This document shows positions 22,643 through 34,700 of a stretch of 64,000 nt of DNA, in pieces. The stretch spans positions 2,170,001-2,234,000 of the forward strand of contig CM074813.1 in assembly GCA_037447605.1 (NCBI GenBank), read 5' to 3'. Positions within the stretch are counted from its first letter, which is position 1; each line of letters opens with the position of its first letter. Below the pieces are notes generated by a model. The model worked only from the letters and a program-made list of their open reading frames with translations. It made no database searches and was not told the origin of the DNA. Both the position numbers and the translations under genes were made by a program. The DNA comes from Zygnema circumcarinatum SAG 698-1b. Its lineage: Eukaryota; Plantae; Zygnematophyceae.

Positions 22643-25600
22643 TTTTGCATATATAAGGTTCGTGTTACGAATAGACGGGCGGTATTATGTTAGAGTTCAT
22701 GTTGGACCGTACGTATCGTACCTTACCATATTGTACCGTATCGCACTGTATCACTTAGCATCGTATCGTATCGCGACATATCGTGACGCATAAGCGTAGT
22801 TTTTAGGACTATGTTGTTCGTCTCATTGATGATGCTATAATTATCAATAGTGGAAGAGCACACCCATGATGAAATAAATGAGTGAGTTAATATTGGGCTG
22901 GGGGTTGACGGGCTTCCACGGCAATGAAACAAAACTGGGTGTCTTGTGCGACTGAGAAGACGCTCAATACCAAAACACCTCTTAAAGTCAATATGCTTGC
23001 TTGTAGATGGTTCATGTGGATGGTATATGGACCAGATGTAACAACTGACGGGCTAATCCCCTCAGTCGTGTGCGGAAATCGCCCAGTCTGCGGTACGTTG
23101 GTTGGATGACGACAGTCATCCTCGCCCCTATGTAGTATCGTATCGGGGAGTTTCGTGTCATATCGACAGTATCGTATCGTATCGAAGTCAAGAAGACGGG
23201 GAGAAGATTGAGCGCCTCTTACGGCGGCACGAGCGGGGAGATTAGGTGAGTTTTGCGTAAGCCCGTAACGGCTAGTACAGATAGACGGATAGTACGGGCA
23301 GTACGGACAGTACGGCTAACACAAGTTACCGTACAAAAAGGTGGTTTCGGCAAAATCGGGGCGAAAATATTGAGGACGCACTCCTTAGGGTGGTAAATAC
23401 GAGGACCCCCCACTGTACCTCATATACATTTGTACGATTATGTACGGATGGTTGAGTAATGAACAAATTGGGAGGGTGAGAAATGAACAGTCGAGAGAGG
23501 GGGGGAGAGTGGGAGAGGCAGAGGGAGAGGGAGAGGGAGAGAGNNNNNNNNNNGGGGAGGGGGAGCGGGAGAGGGAGGGGGAGCGGGAGAGGGAGGGAGC
23601 GGGAGAGGAAGGACGAGAAAGGAAATATGAGCGGTAGGAAAGGCGTTGGCGAATATGTTCGGAGTGGAGCGTGAAGGGCAGCTGAAGGGCTGTCAGATGG
23701 TGCGCAGCTGACCTCTCTACTGCTCGCTGCAATACGTCCACAACACCGCAAACAATTGGCTGCTGAGACGTGTCTTTTGCTGCTCGCCATTACACCATGA
23801 CACCGCTCTAGTCTTCATAGTACACGCTATCGGACACATAATTTTTTGTCAGAGCAAGCTCACATGATTCGGAAGTCAAACCTAAGTCATATCCGATGAC
23901 ATTGACAGTGACAATTGGCTGTCTCCTATAGTATGACCTCTAGCAACAGCATCTGCCAGTAAAATTTAAACTGGAAACTAGCACTCAAGCGGTTCGATTA
24001 GTCCCAAACGCCAAAAAAAGCAAAGACTTCCTCCATGCATTGGAATTTGACCATTGCGAAAAAAAAAAAATCATTTTCTGTATAGTAACTTAATATGTGC
24101 TACCTTTGGTCACTCATTTTGTTTGCAACTTCTGGGAGCGAATAACCATGAGTCTGTTGTATCATTCCAAGCTGGCCATTTATTAGGAGGCTCCTATATC
24201 CTCCATGCGACTCATTGGAAAGGTTCAGTATCACTACATTGCAATAAGAAGCCGCAAAAATTCACGAAGTGTTTTAGACCATCTAAGATAAGAGGTGCAA
24301 AAAGAATAACGCAAGGGATAATAATGCAAGAGAAGAGAGAGGATATGAGATGCTCTTACCTGGAAGCGCACTGTGAATGTCGGTGGTCTTTCAGTCACAT
24401 GGAAAGGTAATTGATTCAATGCCAGTTCAACGCGATTCTTTCTTGCTGTCCAAGAGCGGAGTGTGGGAACACCTCTCTCTGCAGGCGGACAGGATGCATA
24501 AGCCCACTACGCTGTGGTTCATCGCTTAAAAGTTGCTCTTTCCGAATCTTTTGTGAGCGTCTTGTGGCTTACTTTTCTCGCTTGGTTTTTTTTTCTTCCT
24601 TTGCTCCCCTTTCTCTCTCCTCCCAGCGCCCCCACTCCCCTGCCCCCTCAAGGAATTGCATAATAGAGCAAAGGACCCCTAGTTGCAAATGAAAGACAGA
24701 CATGCAAATAAGCAAAGCCTTGTTATCCGGAAAAACTGTATCGGGGAAGTGGGGAAGGAGTTGGAATTTTTTAGAAAGATAAAAAATATGGGGCAAAGCG
24801 TTCACCTCACAGCCGAGGCGGTCGAGTATTTGAAAGTGTTTGACTGAAACATATTGCTTTGACAGAAAACTGTGCTGGAGTTTAAGAAGGTTGCATCCGA
24901 CATAGTTCGAGAGGAATACCTTCCTTGTGTTCAATTTGAACCCCTGTGTTCCGTTTGGATTGTATGGCGTTCAAACTGTTGTTGCTTGAACTTGTACATT
25001 GCGATGAAGACATCAACGTTGTGGAACATTGGAGCTCCGTAGAGAAGACTTCAGTTGTATCTGCATATAGATGAATTGATATTCTCGAAGTTACTGCGTA
25101 TGCACCGAATCTGCTGCCAGTTTTTTGCGTATAAGAAAAGAAATAATGGAAGCAGTGATGACTGTGATGATCGCAGTGAATCGCTTTCATGACAAACTTA
25201 TGGCGTCCTTATTGCAAAGTTTCGATTCTACTCTGGAAAATGCGAGACTTGACGAAAGGTGTGTCTGTATTCACAAGAAGCAACAGAGTCCCATTCCATT
25301 CCCTGCAAAATCTGCGTTCAATGCAGACAGGGGTCATGGCTGTATCCTACAAACCATGTGATGCAGAGCTGGTTCTTATTGCTCGTAGGTGCATTAAAGT
25401 GACTGCTGTCACCCATACTATGAAACTCCTTTCTGTTTCGCCGACTTGAGTGGTTTGTTCAATAGTCACCCGTTTAAGTGTGTTGCATTATATATCATTT
25501 GATGTGCAGGATGGAAGTCGAGATCTGATAGGGAGCCAAGCCTTTGGGCTAAAGCTGTCTTGGTTGCACCCAGCGTGCTGGTCGGACCGCTCATTGGCGG

Positions 25601-27050
25601 CTAAGTCGGCCATGCAATAGGGGGTCGGTCCCAACTTGGAAGTAGAGGAAATTCGGGGGAAAGCAAGAAGAGCAAACCACGGTCAATTGGGCGAGGGGCA
25701 ACAGTTCAGAAGTTGAAGTCTTCCTCCAGCGGAAGCGGGGATAGAATAGGGCTTTTACCAAACAACAGCTCCGAGTTAAAGATGGTGAGGTTCAGACACT
25801 GACCACCTCTAGCTTAGCTTGGCTTTAAACAGGTGTCATTTTTTGCCTATGCGGATAGCTTTATTGTTTGGCTGACAGGTCAGGATGAGCGAATGCTTTT
25901 TTTGGGACAGTATAGACACGTACGTGGTTAACTGTTCAAGTTTTTGTCTTGTACCGGAACTTGGGCTTGTCCTTTGCATCACCCATCACTCACACTTCAC
26001 TGTTGTGCGTTTTCCTTTGGCAATGTTTTGAATGATCAGATGTACGCCAAGACCTGAAGATGGGAAGTGGGAAAGTTGCTGCACAATGTGCACGCGAGTC
26101 GCTGCCCTTTTTCTCAATGCTGAACTTAACAGAGGATAAAACCCTGGGACTGATGTTGTGGCATTCGAATTCGCATTCAAGTTTTAGTATCCCCTATGTT
26201 GAAATTCTCTGTTGTTATTGGAGGTGTGGAAAATCACAGATGCGGCGGTTGGAATATATGGAGACCTTTTCGCACGGTAAGGGCACAGTTGGGGAGGCAT
26301 GCTGAAAATTGTGGAGTGATACGAAAACGAGGGGGGAGAGAGCTCTTTCGGACGCATTCCTTACTGGCTACCAAAGGACGTACTGTGTTGATTTCAGTGG
26401 AATGGAAAATGGGTTGGTGATGGAGAGGTGGTGGAGCTGCTGTTGCAGGAAGCTGGAATGCGAAATTGACCGCCTACGTTCGGAAGGGTCTTGCTTTTCT
26501 TCCGAATGTGGGAGAAGATTGATTCTCCAGGAGGTGTTCTTGGACCATGTGGAAACTGTTGCTTCGCAGAAGTGAGCTCGTTTGTGGACTGTACAGGCTT
26601 CGCTTCTCATAGTCCTGCAAGCCATTACGATGGCAACGGTCAGCTCCCATCTGTCACATTAAAGGTCTCAAGTGGCCCAGCAATATGGTAAGGCTGCCTC
26701 TAGGAATGGGACGTCGTCTATGGGTAAGGCCACAACCGCAGAGTCTCAAGAAGATTTGGTTGCCAAGTAACGCCACTCAACAATGGGATGGAGCAGGAGG
26801 ATCTCACCGCTTTGCCATTCTTGCCAATCCTGAGGAGACCGTTTGCAGCAGACATGTTTGTATGTAGATTTATCTGCTCCAATACAAGCAGACAAAACAC
26901 CATTCGTAGCATTTCAGATAGTATTTTTCAAAAGGTCTACACTGGTTTAAGAGCGGTAAGGTGAAAAGGACCACAATTCAACACACATGAGAGCAACAAG
27001 CCGTGCCTATGAAGGCCGATCAGTTCAGAAGTACCTTTGCTTCCCATAGC

Positions 27051-27099
27051 GAGGAAGGGTTTGTCGCCATGACATTGCCATGGCGACAAACCCTCCCTC
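27051..27099. repeat. Near-perfect hairpin
   Basis: AGGGTTTGTCGCCATG-ACATTGC-CATGGCGACAAACCCT: 16-bp perfect stem with a 7-nt loop, extending to ~21 bp with one mismatch. Confidence 0.85.
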
Positions 27100-27869
27100 T
27101 GACCTCTCACTCCCTCCCTCTGACCTCCCTCCCTCAACCTCTGCCTCCCTCTAATTTTCCTTTCTCTCCGCTCTCCTCCGCAACGGAGAGAGTCAGCCTG
27201 TGAAGGGAAAGGACATGCGTACGGCACACACTGTACGGTCATCCTCCCCTAGCCCGACCGACATGACCGACCGTGCTGTACGGATATCCTCATTGCAACC
27301 GTGTAGCGTAACGGAGCTGCGTTCGACGGATTTGCGTCAGTTCAATTGTACTTGACGTATGCCTCTTCCGTGTCACGGATCAACGGAATCCAGGAGCTGC
27401 CAACGGAGATTGCGAGAAGGCGGCGCCATGCGTTGGCGGCCCACGGAACAGCACACCATCCAGCAAGGCGCACTCGGGAACACCGCCTAAGGCCGCCGAT
27501 TATCATTCGTTGACCTATCCGAAGGCTCCACGTAGTCANNNNNNNNNNCAGAATCCCTACGTCTTCCGCTGCGCGTACCTCTGAATCCCCCGGATCCTGG
27601 CTCTATGCTGCAGGCAGACCCACAGCACCACCCCAACCCTACGTCAGTTTCAGCACGGACGCTCGGGTGGCCGTACAGCATCTGCGACTAGCTCAGCAAT
27701 CTCCTTTTAACCCCACTTATCTTGTGCTACAACCGTTTGTGTACGGCAGTTCGTACGACGATATCGGATCCCGTACGGTACGGTCCTCCTCCTCCTGAAT
27801 GGACTGCTTGGAAGTCGCCCTCCGCCGCCCTGGAAACAGCTCCGCCCTCTTCGCTCGGCCCTGCGCAGC

Positions 27870-28739
27870 GTACAGCTGGCTGCAGGCTCTTGGGGAAGGC
27901 AACAGGCTGGAGCATGATTGCTGACGAATATTTCAATGTATAGGCTCTTCGGCAAAGACTGGAAATCCTACTAAGAGGTGAGTTGATGCTCGTTCTTCGA
28001 GCAGACATGTATGGGCTTACATTTCTCTGCTTTAGTCACTTCTTGCAATTTGGACTTGGGCATGGCCCACAATTACCTTTTTTGGAACGAAAAGATTGTA
28101 ATATAAGAGGGAGGCGGTTTGGTTTTTCGCAATTTGCAGCAGCTCGCTCTGGACGACGTCCTCATAGATAATTAGCTTCAGCATGTGTTCATGGGAGTTA
28201 AAATTAGCAGCTTGAGATTATTGTTTTGGGTCTCTTTTGTTCATCATATTACCTTCACTGGTATTCAAGTCCCTGACAGGGTTCTAGTAATTTTTCCCTT
28301 GAAGAGTTTCTTAGAGCATAAGGTGCATACGCTGAGAAAGTAGTACAGTGAATTTTTTGTATACTCCCGTTTCTTCTGCGGCTATGCTTGCTGTTTAAAA
28401 AAATTGAATGCGCAATAGTATCGTTCAACATTGAAGTTAAGCGTGGACATCAGTGCATAGCGATGGAGGAGGTCGTCAACTTTTTGTCCGACAATACTTT
28501 TATCGTGAAATACGTCTTTTTTAGCTAGCTACACCAGGATTGCGAAACAATGCTCTTTGTTAATTTTGAAGACATGGCCCTCCCTACAAAACAAACTTGA
28601 TATAAACAAACTTAAGCATACAGCACGCCAAACTACGTATTCGTTTTCCCGGTGTTGTTATGGTACGGCAATAGTCCTCTGAACATTTTAGGGCCTGGCA
28701 GTTATGAATTTTTGCAGTTCTGTTGACAGGCTGCTTGAG
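27870..28739 (+). promoter_or_regulatory. Putative PRT6 5' leader exon and leader intron (27978-28729) with two short uORFs
   Basis: Donor AG|GTGAGT at 27978 and acceptor TTGACAG at 28729, 10 nt before the PRT6 ATG. uORFs MIADEYFNV* (27914-27943) and MYRLFGKDWKSY* (27936-27974). The transcription start is unknown. Confidence 0.45.
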
Positions 28740-31700
28740 ATGGAGCCTTCGTGGCACTCTTCTCCTCGGCTGTCCACTTCAACTTTGCAGGTACTTGTCA
28801 TCATGTCGTACTTCTTGAGTAGCTTTCTATTTAAAACAAGGTTGCAGAGAGCAGTCTTATCCCAGTGAGAAGCCTGTCAGGTGATCACTATTTTACTAAT
28901 GCATTTGTTTTCATTGTGGCTTCTTTTGAACGAGTATTCCTTGATATTCAGAAACCAGCTTGTGACTCAAATTCATGCTTGGAGGGAGATACCCAGTTAA
29001 AAGATCTTATTCAGTTGCACAAGGTTCATGCCAAATAGCGGTTATCTGTTTGACCCAGTTTGCATATTCGCTTGTGGACCCTGTTTGCAGAGGCTGGCCT
29101 CTCTTCTCCCTGCCCGGTCCATCGTAGGAGGTTTACCATCTCTGTACTTGCATATCAAGGCGCAGCCTGATCTTGCAGACGAATTAGTTCGAGCTGTTCT
29201 TCTTGGACCAAGCGATGCAAGCGAGAGTCCCTCTATTCTTCAGGCGGAGTATGAGGAATCCATGGAGTGTGTGGAGTGGCTGATCTGTGGGGGCAAACTG
29301 CCAGATGCACTTGTGGCTACAGGAGTACTGCCAAAGGGGGTTGCTCAAGGAGGCGTTTGTGGGAACGTGTGGGGCCCCAACGACATCGCATATCGTTGCA
29401 AAACATGTGAACATGATCCCACCTGTGCTATTTGCGTGTCATGTTTTCAAAATGGAGACCATGAGGACCATGATTATTCGATGATTCGAACCGGGGGTGG
29501 TTGCTGTGATTGTGGAGATATAACTGCTTGGAAGAGAAGTGGGTTTTGCAAACGTCATGGGATCCCAGATATAGCTCCGCCACTTCCGCAGGCATTTGTG
29601 CATCATGCTCGACGAATTTTGGTGGTGCTTTTGAAGGCATGGGTAGACAAGTTAGGGGCCATGGAAAGGCACGTGGGAATAACGGCAGCTGCTCAGACAA
29701 AAGAGCAAAAGGAGGCCAACGAGATGACTAGCGCAGTTTGTCGGAAGCTGCTTGAGCTGTGCAATATTAGTGAAGGCTTGGTGAAGCTGATTGCGAAGTT
29801 GGTAGCTGATACCTCACTTGGCATTCTTCCCATGCTGATGCGTAACGAGAATGTGTTTTCAAGCCGTAGCATAGTTGCTACCCATGCCCTTCTGTACAAG
29901 CTACTGGGAGTTCCTGAGTTCAAACAGGCATTTGCTGTAAACTTCCTTGCTCACTATCCGAGCTTTCTGAAGGATCTGGAAGATGACTCAGCCTTTGCGT
30001 CCCATGGCCAGTCCATGCTTGACAATTTTTCGGTGCAGATTTTTACGGTGCCATTCCTGACACCCGACCTTGTGGCCCGAGCCGGCTTGCTTGACATGCT
30101 GCTCGGTGCCTTTAAGGACGTTTTGTTGGCTGCAGCCGATGGAAACGGACGCATCGATGTACGTTGGTTTCTCTGCGTTAGTCACCCTTCGTCTTGCCTA
30201 TGCTAACACCTGCACAACAACACAAACTCAACATGCCACATGACTACTTGAATTTATGTGCAATTGGCCAAATGCATTGTCAAGGCGCTTGCAAGAGAGA
30301 TTCGGCATCGGCTTTACAGAGCATATGAAGAATGCAGTAGGCATGTCCTCTAGTTTAGGTTATGGCTAGGAGTTGTCCGGTATAAGAGGCCATCATTATG
30401 TCATTTCGTGTATCAATTTGTTAAGAGGCATTTAAGCTAGGTCAACTAAGCGAAACTAAGGAAAGCTAAAAACCCATCGAACAGCCGTTTCATATTGGCG
30501 AACTTATCTTACTTTGTGACTGCATCTTGAAACATTACAACGCGTATATGCTTTGTTTTGACGCTTTCTCAATGTGCATTTGTTAATGTTATGTAGACGG
30601 GCAAAGTAATTGGAAGCGCAAAGCAGACGCGAATTACAGGCGACTTGCGCTATGTGTTGAGCCATAAGGAGGCGGCTCGGTTTGCGGCATGGCAGCGGGA
30701 AGACCTTCTCTTGGTCGTGCTTGAACTTCTCGCGTATGTGCAGGGAATGTGCCCACAGAAAAGGATGATTCATGCGCATTTGGAGCATGAAACTGAGGAC
30801 TGGGGTCACGCGTATCTGTTGGAAGTGCAATTGTCTGTTCTTCACCCTCTCCTTGTTAGGGGAGCAGCCTGCGTTGAAAATGAAGAGAAGTGGGTTGCGG
30901 AATACAACAATAGAATTGGGATCGATGAAGATGTGCATAGCCACGAGGTGCACATGGAAACGAGGAAGTCTGCTGCCGAAGGTGGAAGAATTGGAATTCA
31001 GTTAGGTAGAAGATATTCCACAGCTCTTGGTGGAAAGGCTGCTTTGAGACAGGAGGAAAGTGATAGACAACTTCCGGATACAATTCAGGAAAAAGGGGGC
31101 TACGTTTCCGGACGAAGTGCTGACGATGTGAAGATAAGCGAATTGCAAATGCAAGGAAGCTTCCCTAGTTTAGAATCTCCTTATGTCATCCTGCGAGGTG
31201 TAGCTGTGCCACGTGCATTGATGAATTTCTTACATAGTTGCATACGAGTGCTTGTGGCTTGGATCATGATTGATTCCCATGCCATTCAGAAGCCCCCACC
31301 GGACAAATTCTGGATTTCTGAAGGAGGTGGTGGAGAAGCAGTGCGAATATTGGCTCAGACTGAAAACAGTAATGAGGTGCTTTCTGGTTTGCAGGAGTTT
31401 GAAGCTTCATGGAAACTAGAGACTAAGCACAAGAAGCCTATCTTTGCCCCTGAAACATGCAATTTTGAACATTGGCAGGCGATATCGTACGACGTTTCCA
31501 AAGAGGAGATATCCTTCCATCTCCCTCTTCACAGACTGTGCTCACTACTGTTGCATACAACATTGGAAGCCTTCGGTCTGCCTGTCCAGATAGAAGAGAA
31601 AGAAGATCTTTTGGATCGGGTCTTTGATGGTCTCGAATCTTCTTCACCTGCCGATGAACTAGCATCCAAAACCCTCAGTGTCGATAAAGATGCTGGAAAA

Positions 31701-34700
31701 GTGCAGGAGGAAGCAGGTCATGCAGGGAAGGTTCAAAGGCAGGTTCAACCAGAGGACTTGCTACCACCAAGATTTCAAGGGCCGGGCTTTGCAGCCATCC
31801 TCATGGAACATCCGTTACGCGTTGCAGTTGTCTGTTCCCAAGTGCAGGCCGGCATGTGGAGGCGGAACGGCCATGCCATGGCGGCCTACAGCAATCTGTA
31901 CCACAGTGCACACTGGTAGGGGAGCTACAAAAATGACGAGGAAGAAATAAAACCAAGATTGTAGCTGTGTAGGTTGAGATTGCCTTCATACTGATTAGTG
32001 GTGGCCATGCCTTGAATGGGAGCATCTCATTTGGGAATGGCCATATTGCCTTGCCATATTGCCATTCCCAAATCCGGACATCCTCCTGTGCTGTGCAACT
32101 GATGGGTGCAGGAAGATGTTGCAGGTGTGAAGATACGTTGGAGCTTGACATCTTCCTGTTGCAGTACTGCTCTGTAATGGCCCCCCCTGAGGAAGTTGTC
32201 GCTCGAGTGCAGGACCGCTTTGGGTTGAGCCTTTACTTCACTCTCGACGCAGCTCCGGCACCCGAGTAAGTGAATAAATCCTCCTCAAACAAACTGCATC
32301 ATAACTAGCAGGGCGATATATGGTGGGATGTATGTGTATGCATAGTGCATCCCATAGTAACTATGCTTTTCTCCTTGTGGTTTTGGGGCTGCTTCATTTG
32401 TAGGTTTCAAGCGTCTTTGGCGCGAGATTTTTTGTGTTTTTTGATCCGTCTGGTCGCTGAGCGAACCCTTTGTGGTCTCACCCCTCCGGAGGTGCTGAGA
32501 AGAGAACTCATTCAGCGGCTCGCAGTGGCAGATGCCACTCACAACTCACTGATCAAGTCTTTGCCATGCCGGCTAATAGAAAATCCCCAGCTTCCAGCTA
32601 TTCTGGGAGCTATTGCTACATATAACGCGCCATCAGGGATGCAACAGGCATGTCTCAGAAACCCAATTTCAGAAGTTTTCGGATGGGTGAAAAATTAGTA
32701 AAACCTAGATGCCTCTTTACGTGCCTGTGATGGCTGCTCTACTGATTATGCCATGTGGAATTTGGTAAGCTGTGGGTTTTGATTGGTAATTTTGGCGAGC
32801 TACAATGCTGACATCTTGCTTCTCAAAAAGCAAACAATGCTGGAAAAAAGTAAAATGTATAAATTGTATATTTTTTGCAGGGCAAGTACATCCTTCGCCC
32901 TGAATGCTGGCGGGAGTTGGACTTGCATCACCCGCGATGGTCTCCACGTGAGCTTCAGAGGGCTGAAGAGAGGTATCGACAAGTTATGAAGGCATCAGCA
33001 ATAGCCGATCGGTTTCCTCGATGGCAAACTCCCTTCCCCACTTTCAATCGTCTTCAGCATATACCAACTTGTAAAAAAGTTTACGACATTCTTATTTCAG
33101 TCTTTCATCATGCCGCTTTGAATCGGCCGAGTACGGAAAGCAGGGCTCCTGATGGAGTCTTACATGCAGCCCTCCATTTGCTTGCATTAGCTCTTGATGC
33201 ATATGAAACTGCCTGTAAACGAAATGCAGAAGGTTCAGCTTTGGGGCCAGAAAGAATGCTGGGAGACACCACTAGAGATGAATTACCTCCTCTCATTGCG
33301 AGAGCAAAAGATGTCCTTCCAATGGAGCGAGAAGTTGGGAAGAAGGTCAAAGAGGACCACAGCCTCCTCTCTCTTTTAGTTTTGTTGCTTCATCAGTGGG
33401 GGGGTAAATCCTTACGAGTGGTCAAACCATTAGAAGGCGTTTCTCCTGCAGACGTAGTTGTTAAGGCATCAGATGAAGGTGAGAATGGGGAAGAAGGAAA
33501 TCGTGAGCTTGCACGTTTGGTATTGCGGCTTTTGCTGCAATTTGCATCCTTCGACAACGGTTGCAAGCGGGAGATTGAAGCACTTGCACCTGAGATTTTT
33601 GGAGTGCACATTGGGCCTGCTCAAGATGGGGGAGGTGGCGGAGATGTGGAGAAGAGGAAGGCACGTGCAAGAGCAAAGCAGTTGGAGGCTTTGGTGAGTT
33701 TGTTTAAAACTCGGGTTATTTGAAAACTCTTCTTTATTTGGCGTTGTTGAAATCCAACACCAATGTTGAGAGAAAATTCTGACGATAACTGCTTCTGCAT
33801 TGTCGGGCTTATTTTTAGTTAGGGGTGGAGCAAAAGTCATCACCGTCAGCAAAACAACATGAGGACGTTATCACATCATTATTGCATTACCAACAACATA
33901 ACTTACTGGTATAAGTCATGATAGCTAGCTATGTTAGCTATGTTAGATAATAAGCGTATTGGTTGAAAGCATGTGCGAATTATCAATTTGGACAAAGTAT
34001 CATTTCGTATACAAATCATCTTAAACTATTTCTAGCTTGCTGCCACGAATGCAGGAAAAGATGAAGGCCGAGCAAGCGAAGTTCGCAGCCGCTTTTGGGG
34101 CTATGGAGGAGGGTCAAAGCGACGAGGATTTAGACCAAAGGGAAAATGAGGAGGCTGTGCACGAGCAAGACATGGGCCGTGCATTTAACCAGACAACATC
34201 TGTGTCCAAAGAAGAGGGCGTGAAAGAGTCATTTTTCTGTGCTTTATGCAAAGAGCCTGACTCAAGCAGAAGCCCTCTATGCCATGTTATTCTCGCTCAG
34301 GTCTGTTTCCATTCGTTCCACTTGACTCTTTTCTTTTTTCTGTTGCCTTCCTCCTCAGGCTCTTTTCCTCCTATCTTGCTTCCTTCCTGTTACACCCCAA
34401 AAGGTGACATTGAACATATTCCCCACAATTGTTAGGATTTCTCCATCCTCCCATGGGCTAGGAAACTCACCTTACACATTTTTTATGTGAAGTTTCTGAT
34501 GGAAATCTTTCCTCCACTCCCACGTACCTTTCATGTTCCCCTCCCAATTTCAAGATGCCCATTGGTTCTGCGGATGATCAACCTAGCAAAACTATATTGA
34601 CAGTCCCTTATGTCTTAGAGCCATCTACTTTCTTTGTAGGCCAATTCAATTGCAGTTTTGGGAGGTTTGCAGAGATCGCGGCTTCTAGCCATTGCTGCGG

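Larger units (their letters stand above)
21322..23411 (+). mobile_element. TIR element family B, copy c, interrupted by element X2 and carrying an extra ~340-bp insert
   Basis: Starts TAGGGGGTCCTCATATTTTCCACC and ends GGTGGTAAATACGAGGACCCCCC. 23180-23280 is near-identical to 20160-20260 of copy b. Confidence 0.8.

Noticed and set aside
19700-23200. TATCG/GTAC arrays as a CRISPR-like array
   Set aside because: Short degenerate tandem words without unique spacers, inside a TIR element in a eukaryote; no cas genes.
27900-28010. Possible C/D-box or U3 snoRNA
   Set aside because: Does not match recalled U3 boxes or a clean C/D pair with terminal stem; better explained as the PRT6 leader exon.
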